Origin: Epiperipatus broadwayi
Taxonomy: Eukaryota; Animalia; Onychophora
DNA length: 64,000 nt
Assembly: GCA_028023455.1 (NCBI GenBank)
Contig: JAQFVV010000003.1
Location: 124,001 to 188,000, forward strand
Direction: 5' to 3'
Every line of letters begins with the position of its first letter. Position 1 is the stretch's first letter. The notes beneath the pieces were generated by a model, which ran no database searches, was not told the origin of the DNA, and saw nothing but the letters and a program-made list of their open reading frames with translations. This document shows positions 52,987 to 64,000 of this stretch, piece after piece. Made by a program: the position numbers and the translations under genes.

Positions 52987-55655
52987 GGTTGTCATCTGAT
53001 CCTTCATGTCAGCCGCTAGAGGCACTATTTCTAGCTAAATTTCTAGAAATATGCTGTTTCCGCAGCCACACCCAAGCCTTTAAGCATTCTTTCTAAAATA
53101 AATCCTAGAAAGATTGTTAACTCGGAGTTAATTCTACTTTCTATGCTAAAAGGTAGAGTATTAACTTGGAGTTAAGTCTTTTTTCTACAATAAAATCTAG
53201 AAAGAGTGTTAACTCAGCTTAGCGGCTAATGGTGTGGCTTTTATCTGATGCTAAAAGCAGAGGAAAATGCCATAGTTGTTTGTGTCATGCACTATATCAT
53301 AATGCTGTGTTATGTATTTTATGTAACAATATTGTACAAGGGTGTGTTAATGTGATTGTGTCAAAATTATTTAAATTTTCATTGGTGCAATTTTTTTAAA
53401 GATGAATTGATGTACTGTTACATTTTATCAATTTTAACAGTAGTGATTGGTCCTCATAAATTTGTATTCCTCCTAAATTTTCGATTAGGGTGGGTAGTCT
53501 AAAATTTTAAAAATTTGAGTCACGTTTTAGCGAGAAATTTTCCAAGACAAAAAGTATGGCTAATTCCCACAACAGAAAACTTGAAAAGATGGGAATCGCC
53601 AGACATGGAAACCGGTGCTGGAATATTTCTACAGCAGAAAAAAAAACATCCTGCTGCTGAAAGAAAAGATTGGATTGTGCGGCAAATATATGCAGATTTG
53701 AGGTCCAAAAACATCTGCCGACGAAAATGTTTCACTTTGTAAAGGCAAGCTTGTTTGAGGGATTCTGAATGGCCTTTGTCAAATGTCAAAAATAAAAGAA
53801 GTAACTTCAATTTTTATTTAAACGTACATCCCTTCTTCTGATAATTGTTGTCATCGGCAATCAAATGTAAAATAAAAGAAGTAACTAAAATTTTTATTTA
53901 AACATAGCCCCAAAAACCCCTCTTCTCCCAATAATTGTTGTCATCAGCAATCAAATGGTCAAATAAAAGGAACGTCAATTATTCTTTAATCGTATAGAAA
54001 AAAACAAAAAACCCTCCCACTAATTGTCATCGGCAATCAAATGTAAACCAATTAAAGTAAGACAGTAAATTATTAGTTAAACATAACCAAAATTACTATT
54101 TGAACATACACCAAAAAAGATCCTCTCTTGTCAATCAAAATTAAAGAAACCTAGACTATTATTATCCCATTGTCAAATCGAATATTATTTGGGAAAACCT
54201 AAATAATTTATAAATGAAAAAAAAAAGAAAGTCAAATCGGTTTTCAATCAAATGGTAACCGATAAAAGTCACTTAAATTTTGATTTAAATATACACACAA
54301 ACAAAAAAAAAAAATGCAAAACCTTTTTTCTAATAATTGCTGTCGGCAATCAAATGTAAAGCACTAAAAATAAGGTAAACCGATTATTTTTTAAATATAA
54401 CCCAAATTACTATTTGAACGTACACCAAAAAAAGACCCGCTCTTGTCAATAAAAATGAAAGAAAACCACAACAACTATTATTATCCCATTGTCAAAAATA
54501 TTAGGTTTTGGGCAAACCAAAACCATAATTTATAAACGAAAAAAAAAAAGAAAGTCAAAATCGTTGTTAATCAAATATAACCGATAAAAGTAACTTCAAT
54601 TTTGATTTAAACATACACAAAAAAACAACCTCTTTAGCTCCCAATAATTGTTGTCAGCAATCAAATGTAAAATAAAAGGAAGGTAAATTAGTATTTAATC
54701 ATCACCCAAAAAAACCCACCCCTCTCACTAATTATTGTCAGCAATCAAATGTACACCACTACTAAATGTAACGTAAACTACTATTCTTTAAACGGTTACA
54801 CCCCTTCTCCCAATAATTGTTGTCTACAATCATACACACAAAAAAACACTCCTCCCAATAACTAATGTTGGCAATCAAATGTAAACCAATCAAAGTAAGA
54901 CTGCAACTTATTATTTAAACGTAACCCAAATTACTATTTGAATCTACACCAAAAAACACCCGCTCTTGTCAATAAAAATTAAATAAACAACAACTATTAT
55001 TGTCCCATTGTCAAAAATATTTATTTGTAAAACCAAAACCATAATTTATAAATGAAAGAAAGTCAAATCGGTCGTCAATCAAATGTAAACCGATAAAAGT
55101 AAAGGTTTTAATTTTTATTTAAACATACACACACACACATGCGCGAAAAAAAAAAAAACAATACTTCTCCCAATAATTGTTGTTGGCAATCAAATGTAAA
55201 CCTATCAAAGTAACATAAATTATTATTTAATCGTATACAAAAAAAACCTTCCCACTAATTGTTGTCAGGAATCAAATGTAAACCTATCAAAGTAACGTAA
55301 ATTATTATTTAAAGATCCATCAAAAAAACCCGTTCTCTCTTGAATTTTGTCAATCCAATTTTATAAAAACAGTAATACTATTTAAAAAAAAACACAAATT
55401 ACTATTTGAACACACAGCAAAAAAGACCCTTTGGTTAAAAAAAAAAAAAATTAAAAAAAACAACTATTATTATCCCATCATCAAAAATATTATTTGGGAA
55501 AAATAATTCAGAAACGAAAGAAAGTAAACTTTGTAAACAAACAAAAAATGAGTCAATATTAATAGCGAATCTCTAGCCTGGGAACATTATATTAATGTGT
55601 TTTTTGGTTAGAAATTACACCTCTAGTGGCTGACACGAAGGATCAGATGACAACC
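52987..55655 (+). mobile_element. Non-autonomous DNA transposon, probably Merlin/IS1016-like
   Basis: 36-bp TIRs GGTTGTCATCTGATCCTTCATGTCAGCCGCTAGAGG (52987-53022 and 55620-55655, 2 mismatches) and an 8-bp TSD ATTTATTT (52979-52986 and 55656-55663). A frameshifted AGIFLQQK..ILL...LCGKYMQI remnant at ~53600-53750 resembles the Merlin N-terminal Zn-ribbon region. Confidence 0.75.
53830..55530 (+). repeat. Internal modular repeat array of the TIR element
   Basis: About 10 copies of (CCC)AATAATTGTTGTC(A/G)GCAATCAAATGTAAA and about 4 copies of a ~200-bp AAATTACTATTTGAA... module. Confidence 0.9.
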
Positions 55656-58490
55656 ATTTATTTTATATTTGTGACAAATGGGGATGATGATGGTTGACCA
55701 ATTTTTCTATATTTACCATTACCTTCATTCATAGTTTTATAGAACATATTGTAATAATATGAGAAATAGGGAGTAATAAAACAAAATGTGAGGTACAATA
55801 TCCTACTATTGGGTAACCACTTGCAACTCTATACCACATTAGGGTTGAATTATGATGACATGGGACCCCATCATCATCCCCAAATAAAATATAAAATTAA
55901 ATATCAAAGAAATGAGAATGAGAGATCAGCACAGAACTAATTATAAGTTCGCTATCATTACACAAAAGAAATAATCATTCATTATCATGAATGATCAACA
56001 ATAAAAAATAAATCAATGGTCAATCTTGTAACTGATTTTAAATTTGGCCCACTATAGACCAGTCTAATTATTTAGCTACTGTGAAATCTAGGGCAGGAAT
56101 ACAAACAATAATTAAATGGATGCATATACTTAGATGGTATTCCATCAAAATGCAACAATAAGTCAAATAATGCTGAGATACTAAAACATTCTGACAATCA
56201 TCAATGCCTTTGTGACTTAGTACCATCAATGTACTGATCAATTATAAACTATATTTCTAAAGAAATAATAGTAAAATGTAGTTCATGGACTTTAAAGAAT
56301 ATCCCTTTTGCACCAACCAGAATCACATCTTTGGGCTGTGCATAACACTAAACAGAAATTCCTCTTCCATGTAAGTATTTTGCAAAAATCTAGCCCAAGA
56401 AGCAAGAACTCATTAAATTATCACTGTGAGCAAGAGATAAATATATAAATAAAGAGCTTATTATAAGTCACATTAAATAATTCCTAGGTTTACTCTACTA
56501 TAAAAAAATTGTTTTATTGGGATCATTTAAAAAAAATTCCTAGAACACTAACCTGTCATGAAATAAAGGCACACTCACTGTGATCTATGAAACAGGAATT
56601 AAATAGAATAAACAAGTTAAGACTAAACATATATATTTTAAAACAATTATGTAATACCTAATAGATTAACAATAAACAAAAAAATGACATGATTTCATCA
56701 AAAAAATATTTTTATAAAAATTATAATCAATCAATTGATTTCTGTTCATAATTTAACTTTTAATTAATTAAGTTATTTCTTTAAAATAACTAGGAATTGG
56801 AAAAGCAACATTTTCAAAATCAATGATAACAATCATTGATATAACTTACTTAATATTTTGTTAAATTTTTAGGAGACAAAATGAATGAAAAAAACATATT
56901 TCAAACAATTAAATTTAAATTCCAAAAAAAAAAAAAAAAATTTCAAAAAAACACTCTTTTTTCATAATTTTAAAAGAAAATTGAAAGGATAAAAAAATTA
57001 CATTTCACAATTTGAAAACATTAATAAAGATATTTAAAATTATCAGTTATTACAGAAACAAAAAATTATTACTGTTATATCAGATAAAACATCTCTTTAT
57101 TTAACTATTAATAAATATACAGTGTATACACAAAATATTTTTAACTATGATTTGATTTTTCTGAGAAGTCCTTTCCAATTATAATTTCCAGTTGAATTTT
57201 CTTATTGAACATGAACATGATTAATATGTCTTCTCTGGTATGCAGTATTTTGAAATTTAAAAAAGCATGTTTTATCCATTTCTTTTCACTAAAAATTTCA
57301 GGTGAGACTAACACATACAGAGACTAATGCTCTTGGTTGAAGACAAAGTTGTACATCACCTTAAGAGGTAACTACTTCTGTACATTTTTATTTCAGTGAA
57401 GGCAGGTTATATGCAGTAAGATGATGTCTAGCTTTTAGCTAAATATAGTATATAGTTTTCATTCTAAAAGCCATTTTTATGACTATACTCATAATATTCT
57501 CAAATCTTCTATGCAATAGCTTGTTTTAGATTCCTGTAGTAGTATATAACAGCTTGTAAAAGCCTTCTGCTTCTTTTTTCTTTTTCAGATGGATTAAGAC
57601 AACCACTCTTTCTTCAATAACTGAGTTGAGAATATCCACTTCTCACCAGACCCTTGGATCTTCTCACTTATTTACACTCCCATTATTTTTTAGAAAAATC
57701 TTGCCTACAAGCCAATCAAAATGTGTCTCCAACATGATAGTTTTTAAAATAACAAATTAGATAAATTTTTATACACACAGTTGTTCATATATTTCCTTCC
57801 TTAAATTTTGACATTGATAAAATGAGTCAAAAACTTAAATTAACATCAGAATTATTTTTGATATTACTTTCAAATTAAAAAAAATGTTTGCAAAAAAACA
57901 AAAAAACAAGATAATCAGTTAATTATATTGATTTGATGTTTTTGAAATGGAAAGAGATAAAGAAAAAAGGAAAACAACAACTCTAATTACAAATAAAATT
58001 TACCAAAGTATTAAAATCCTATTTTGTTTTTTTTTCTTTTTAAAAATACTTTTAAACATAAAACTTTATTTATCTCTTTAAAATGTTGATATTAAACATT
58101 AAATTATTTACTAAATTGATAAAGTTTTTTTATTTCTTTTGATAGATTTATTCATTTAAAAAATTAAAAGCAAGTGGTAATTAAATTAAATTATTGAAGA
58201 GAGACCAACATAAATTATTTATATAATTTTATACTTTTTTCTCTCTCTTACCAAATTTTTCATTAACAACTTATTAAAATATGCATATTATAATTTTAAA
58301 AATGTTTGATAATTATTTAAGAAAATGTCAAGAATGTTTTTACTATCATGTAGGAATGAAAATAAAATAATTAACTAATTTCAGGCTCATTACTATTATA
58401 AAATATTCAAGCACGAGTGCATGTGCGGCGCAACTGCTCCCAAAAGCTGTAATACAAATACAAATAGCTAACTAAAAAAAATATTAAAAC

Positions 58491-58532
58491 AGCTGAGCGC
58501 TTTCAAAGGATCTTGCCTTCATAATCATAGCT
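58491..58532 (-). ncRNA. Variant minimal hammerhead (A3/U8) in the PLE 3' end, left arm
   Basis: Reverse complement reads AGCT-ATGATTA-T-GAAGG CAAGAT CCTTT-GAAA-GCGC-TC-AGCT. Confidence 0.6.
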
Positions 58533-58560
58533 TGCTTATGTTTAAATTTATGCAAATATG

Positions 58561-59042
58561 CTAATTCCATCTTTTTGATAGAGAAAAACACGTGTCCTTC
58601 CTGTTTATGGCATCGCTGTCACGAGAGATAAATAAGGCCTCTTTGATATTTCTTTTGAGATCATGTCTCTCTCTACATACGATGGTAGGATTGTCCGGAA
58701 TGCACTCATGGTGACTTGTGCACTGGTGCTGATAAAAAACTGAATAATTAGAAGGATCGTTGCGAGCTCTATTGTACGAATACCTGTGTTGTGCCAATCG
58801 TGTGGCCAGAGATGCCCTGCTTTCCCCATAATATGTGCCTTTGCAATGGTTATTTGGACAAGCAATGTTATATACTGTATGGAGGGTCTGTAACAGTGGA
58901 GTTTGATCTTTGGTATTGTTAATTAGATTGTTAGAATTTGGAGGGGTTTGAAAACAGAGCTGATATTTATTGTTAAAGATGGAATGTAGTTTCTTGTGTA
59001 AGTTGGGTATGTATGGAAGTAATAACCTGGGTTTATCCTGTG
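58561..59042 (-). pseudogene. Penelope-type GIY-YIG endonuclease (C-terminal part of the PLE ORF)
   Basis: LPYIPNLHKKLHSIF...NTKD...TVYNIACP..C..TYYGESRASLATRLAQH...KRNIKEALFI...AINRKD. Confidence 0.9.
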
Positions 59043-59307
59043 TGGCACAACACAGGTATTCGTACAATAGAGCTCGCAACAATCCTTCTAATTATTCAGT
59101 TTTTTTATCAGCACCAGTGCACAAGTCACCATGAGTGCATTCCAGACAATCCTACCATCATATGTAGAGAGAGACATGACCTCAAAAGAAAGATCAAAGA
59201 GGCCTTATTTATCTCTCGTGACAGCGATGCCATAAACAGGAAGGACACGTGTTTTTCTCTATCAAAAAGATGGAATTAGCATATTTGCATAAATTTAAAT
59301 GTAAGCA

Positions 59308-59349
59308 AGCTATGATTATGAAGGCAAGATCCTTTGAAAGCGCTCAGCT
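59308..59349 (+). ncRNA. Variant minimal hammerhead (A3/U8) in the PLE 3' end, right arm
   Basis: AGCT-ATGATTA-T-GAAGG CAAGAT CCTTT-GAAA-GCGC-TC-AGCT. Confidence 0.6.
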
Positions 59350-60325
59350 GTTTTAATATTTTTTTTTAGTTAGCTATTTGTATTTGTATTACAGCTTTTG
59401 GGAGCAGTTGCGCCGCACATGCACTCGTGCTTGAATACATACATTTCCCAAAAGTAAAATTATTTGACTTAATCGTATTATAAAATATATGAATGACAAA
59501 ATTAAATATTATTTTCCCCATTAATTAAATAACCCTAAACTAAACCTAAGAAACATGCTACTAACAATCTAATTATTTTTAATGCAGCTATGTGGCCAAC
59601 TGTTGAATTACTCCAGTTTTATATGGGAAATGAAATTGAGTTAAATCCCTTTCTTGATATTTTACTTTGAATCAGCTTATTTTATTTTACTACTACAAAA
59701 AATATGTTAGTCATGCTTATTTGTACATTAATGTTTCCACAGACTTATGAACTGGGATAATTTATCAAGCCATGTTGGGTTATTTGTTCAAAAATAATTG
59801 TCTCATTTTTTGATATATTTTATTATTTCTGGAGAAGGAATGACTATTGTGAAAATATATGCATGCCTCCTTTCAGGACTATGATGTTTCTGTTATAACC
59901 TTTTAAACTTCAAGAAAAACTATGTTAAATTAGTTTTACACAGGAAATATGAATATAAAATTTTAAAAATATCTCATAAAATAAGCTTAACATCACTCCC
60001 AGTTCCATGTAACTTTTCACCCTTTAGTATTACTAATAATATTATTGTTACCCCAAATCTGCTTTTCTTTAAACCTTATTGTCTCAATACATGGCTTTTA
60101 TTATTTTATTTCCCCTGCTTTATTCTCCAATTATATCTTGATCATGAGTGTGTGACTGATTTTCATTTCTTTTGTATTTTTATTATAAATACATATGCAC
60201 GCACAAAAACAAGTTCATGTCACAAACAATTTATCAAAACTGTTTTTTAAAGATATGATGAAAGTCTGACAGCAAAAGAATGCATAGTGATTTGAAATCC
60301 TGGAATAAATACAGAATCTAGTCAT

Positions 60326-60327
60326 TG

Positions 60328-60403
<76 letters not shown>
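60326..60403. repeat. Two adjacent (TA)n runs, each centred in a perfect palindrome
   Basis: TGGAC(TA)14GTCCA and CATTG(TA)16CAATG. Confidence 0.9.
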
Positions 60404-60404
<1 letters not shown>

Positions 60405-63382
60405 AGAATGAACACACAAAGGTCTATCTCAATTTGTCAATTTGTACACTATAAGATACAACAAGCCAAAGTAATGCAAAAATCTGTGCAGAGCCCTGCT
60501 TCTTTGAATATTAGGGGCTGGAAAATACAGAGCTATGCCTTGCTCTTTTTCTTGGGGGCAGAAGTTGGGGATCATGGCAGGTCTATGTTAATTGATCCAT
60601 GATAAACAACAGAAAATATGAAAATATGAAAGTAGGTTGGAGCAAGCTGAAAATATTACATTCTCAAGCCAACAACAAAATCTTCCATCTATCATCAAAA
60701 CTAAAAGTAGATCTAAACAAATTTTAACAGTCAATAATCAATTTAATCTCCAAAATCATGCTTTACTTTTCTATTCTACTTTAAATGTAAACTCCTTAAG
60801 TAAACATTAATAATTCTATTTTGTAATTTATACTCAAATAATAACAATTATCTTTTACATGGTTGTAATATTTTACAGTAATATGTTTTAAATTAATTAT
60901 GCATCAAAATACAGAATTTTTTTCAGATATATTTCTGAGATTCATGTTATATGGTCACCACCACACCCACAGTTGTCTCACCAATTATAACAATGTGGAA
61001 AATAGGGGTTAATAAAAAAGAATCTAGGTTACAATGTCTTACAATTGAATAGATATTTGTAATTGTACACCATGCTAGGGATGAATTATGAGATGGAGAA
61101 CCATAATTATTCCCAAATAAACAAAATATAAAATTAAATGTAAGAAAAATGAGCATGAGAGATTAGCACAGATCTAGCTATAAGTTTACCAGAATTACAT
61201 AAAAGTAATAATCATTTATTATCATAAATGATCAACAATAAAAAATAAATCAACAGTCAAACTTGTGACTGTATTTAAAAATGATCCACTATAAATGAGG
61301 CTACTTATTTAGCCATTGCCAAACCTAGATGCAGAAAAACAAACAATAATTATCTGGATGCATATACTTGGGTACAACTCCATCAAAATACAACAATAAG
61401 TCAGATAATGCTGAAATCCTAAAAGATCCTGACCATCATCAATGCTCTGTCCATTTAGTACTATTAATGTACTGGTCAACTATAAATTAATTTCTAAAGA
61501 TTAAATAAAATGTAGTGCATGGACTTTAAAGGATATCCCTTTTGCACCAACCAGGATCATCATCATCTGAATGTCCATAATACTAAACATAAACTCCTGT
61601 TCCATATAACTCTTATACACAAATCTAGCTGAGGAAGCAAGAACTCAATAAACAATTTCTGTAAGCAAAAGATTATTAAATAAAACATTTTATTATAAAT
61701 CACTTTAAAAAATTTCTAGGTTTATCCTACTATAAGTAGAATGTTTTATTGGGATCATTTAAAAAACAATCCTAGAACACTAAGCTGTCATGAAATAAAG
61801 TCACACACCCTGCAATTTATGAAATAGAAAGTGAGTAGAATAAAGAAATTAAGCTAAAGCATATTTTTAAAAACATTTATTTAATAACTAATGGATTGAT
61901 AATAAACAAAAAATGACATGATATATGAAATTTGAAATATTCATTTCATCAAAAATATATTTTCATAAAAATTATAATTAATCAGTTGATTTCTACTCAT
62001 AATTTAACTTTTAATTAATTATGTTACTTTTTTAAAATAACTAAAAGTTGGAAAGACATTTTCAAAATCAAAAATAATAATCTTTGATTTATCTTAGTTA
62101 ACACTTTGTCTGGTTATTATGAGGAAATTGAATGAAAAGAGAAAAACATGTTTCAGAAATATAATTTCTATTTTAAAATAATTATTTTTTTTTAAAAAAA
62201 AGTTCATAATTTTAAGAGAAAATTGGAGGGATAAAAATATGTTTTACAATTTGAAAACATTAACAAAATATTTAAAATTATCAGTTCTTACAAAAAAAAA
62301 AAAAATTATTACTTTTACATAAGAAAAAAATGTCTTTTTTTACTATTAATAAAAATACAGTGTGTATACAAAAATACCTTTAATCAAGGTTTGATTTTTC
62401 TGAGTTCTTTTAAATTATAATTTCCAGTTGAATTTCCTTCTCAAAGGCTTCTATACATAAAAATGATTAATTTGTCTTTTTTCCAATGTGCAGCATTTCT
62501 AGGTTAAAAATAGCAAGTTTTATTCATTTTTTTCATTAAAATTTCCAATTGAGACTAACACATACTGAGGATTATGCTCTTGGTTGAAGACAAGGTTACA
62601 GATTACTTTAGAGGTTAACTTTTTTTCTCTACATTTTTATTCCAATAAAGGCAGGTTACATGGAGAAAGATGCTGTTGAGCTTTTAGCTAAATTTAGCAC
62701 ATGGTTTTTATTGTAGAAACCATTTTTATGAAAAAACTCATAGTATACTATTGAAGATTACATTATAGTATACTAAAAGCTTGATTAAAACTTCTGCTAT
62801 TCTTTTTAATAGCTTGGTTAAGATTCCTACTGTACTATATAACAGCATGGAAAAGACTTCTGCTTTTTTTTACCTTATTAACTGGATTTATGACTTGACT
62901 GTTTTTTCAACAGCTAAGTTAGGGATATCCATTTCTCACCAGAAACTTTGGTCTTCTCACTTATTCACACTCAATTATTTTTTATAGAACAATTTTGCCT
63001 ACAAGTCAATCACAATATATCTATCCATAGTAGATTTATAACAGCCAATTTGCTAAATTGTTATAAATACAATTTTTCATCTATTTCTCTCCTTAAATTT
63101 TGACATTGACAAACAGATCAAGAACTTAAAGTAACATCACAAAATTATTAACATTACTTTCTAATTAAAAACAAATTTCTTGCAAAAAAAGATGAACAAG
63201 ATAATCAGTTAATTACACTGATTTGATATTTTTGTAATGGTAAGAGATGAAGAGAAAAAAAACAACTCCAATTACAAATAAAATTTACCAAAGTGTTAAA
63301 CTCCTTTTTTGTGTTTTTTCTTTTAATTAATATTCTTAAACATAAAATTTAAAACATAAAAGGTTAAAATTAAATATTAACA

Positions 63383-63461
63383 GTTATATATATAAAGAGC
63401 TCACAAATAAGCTCTTAACAAAGCTTGTTAAGAGTTTATTTGTGAGCTCTCTATATATAAC
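63383..63461. repeat. ~80-bp hairpin (mini-MITE-like)
   Basis: GAGCTCACAAATAAGCTCTTAACAA-AGC-TTGTTAAGAGTTTATTTGTGAGCTC between TATATA runs. It is absent from the paralogous copy near 58090. Confidence 0.85.
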
Positions 63462-64000
63462 ACTTGTAATACAATCTTGTTATATTAGATCATGTGACAT
63501 ATGACTTGATTTCTTTGTAATATTAAACAATTTCCTAAAAAGAGGAAGTTTTTTTTTTCTTGGTATATTTTTTTTGTAAAAAAAATAAAAGCAACTGGTG
63601 ATTAAATAAAATAATTAAAGAGAGAGACCAAAAGATATTATTTACATGATTTTATACCTTTCTCTCTCTTCTACCAATATTTACAATTTGCAATACATAT
63701 TAAAATAAGCATATTACAATTAAAAAAAAGTTTTAAAATTATTTTTAAAAAAAAATTGTCTAGAGGGTTACTATTATTATGTGGGAAGGAAGATAAAATA
63801 TTTAGCTAACTTCAGATCCATTATTATAATAAAAAATATGCATGGGAAAATTAAATATTATTTGCCCACTTAATTAAATAACCCTAAACTAAATTCAAGG
63901 AACATACTGCCAATTATCTAAATATTTTTACTGCAGCTATGTAGCCAACTGGTTACAATATATATATTAATAAAAAATGAGATTACTTATAATGGGGTTC

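Larger units (their letters stand above)
58404..59475 (-). mobile_element. Young 5'-truncated Penelope-like element with an inverted 3' end
   Basis: Inverted arms lie at 58404-58796 and 59043-59437. A 13-bp direct repeat TATTATAAAATAT lies at 58394-58406 and 59476-59488. The element is absent from the paralogous site near 63825. Confidence 0.9.

Noticed and set aside
53830-55530. CRISPR-like repeat-spacer array
   Set aside because: The context is eukaryotic, the repeats are degenerate, the spacers are themselves repeated, and there are no cas genes.

Overview
This is very AT-rich, strongly CpG-depleted eukaryotic DNA, probably from an invertebrate animal with a methylated genome (inference). 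I found no confidently identifiable host protein-coding gene. The window is mostly decayed transposons: RTE and CR1-like LINE relics, Penelope-like element (PLE) relics, tRNA-Gly-derived SINEs, a Merlin-like TIR element, (TA)n microsatellites and an old tandem triplication at about 49-64 kb. Three things stand out. (1) A 1.5-kb (TA)n-flanked array of ~397-bp units at 27569-29070 carries four type I hammerhead ribozymes with a palindromic stem III, which is the architecture of a non-LTR retrozyme (putative self-cleaving circRNA). (2) Three separate fold-back elements (39.7-40.4, 47.3-47.6 and 58.4-59.4 kb) share a hammerhead-like motif whose C3-G8 core pair is replaced by a compensatory A3-U8 pair. 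(3) A young gag-only (Ty3/gypsy capsid, Arc-like) 3.4-kb insertion at 19054-22478 splits a CR1 relic at a TA site. All alignments, translations and folds were done by eye. Boundaries of decayed relics are approximate.
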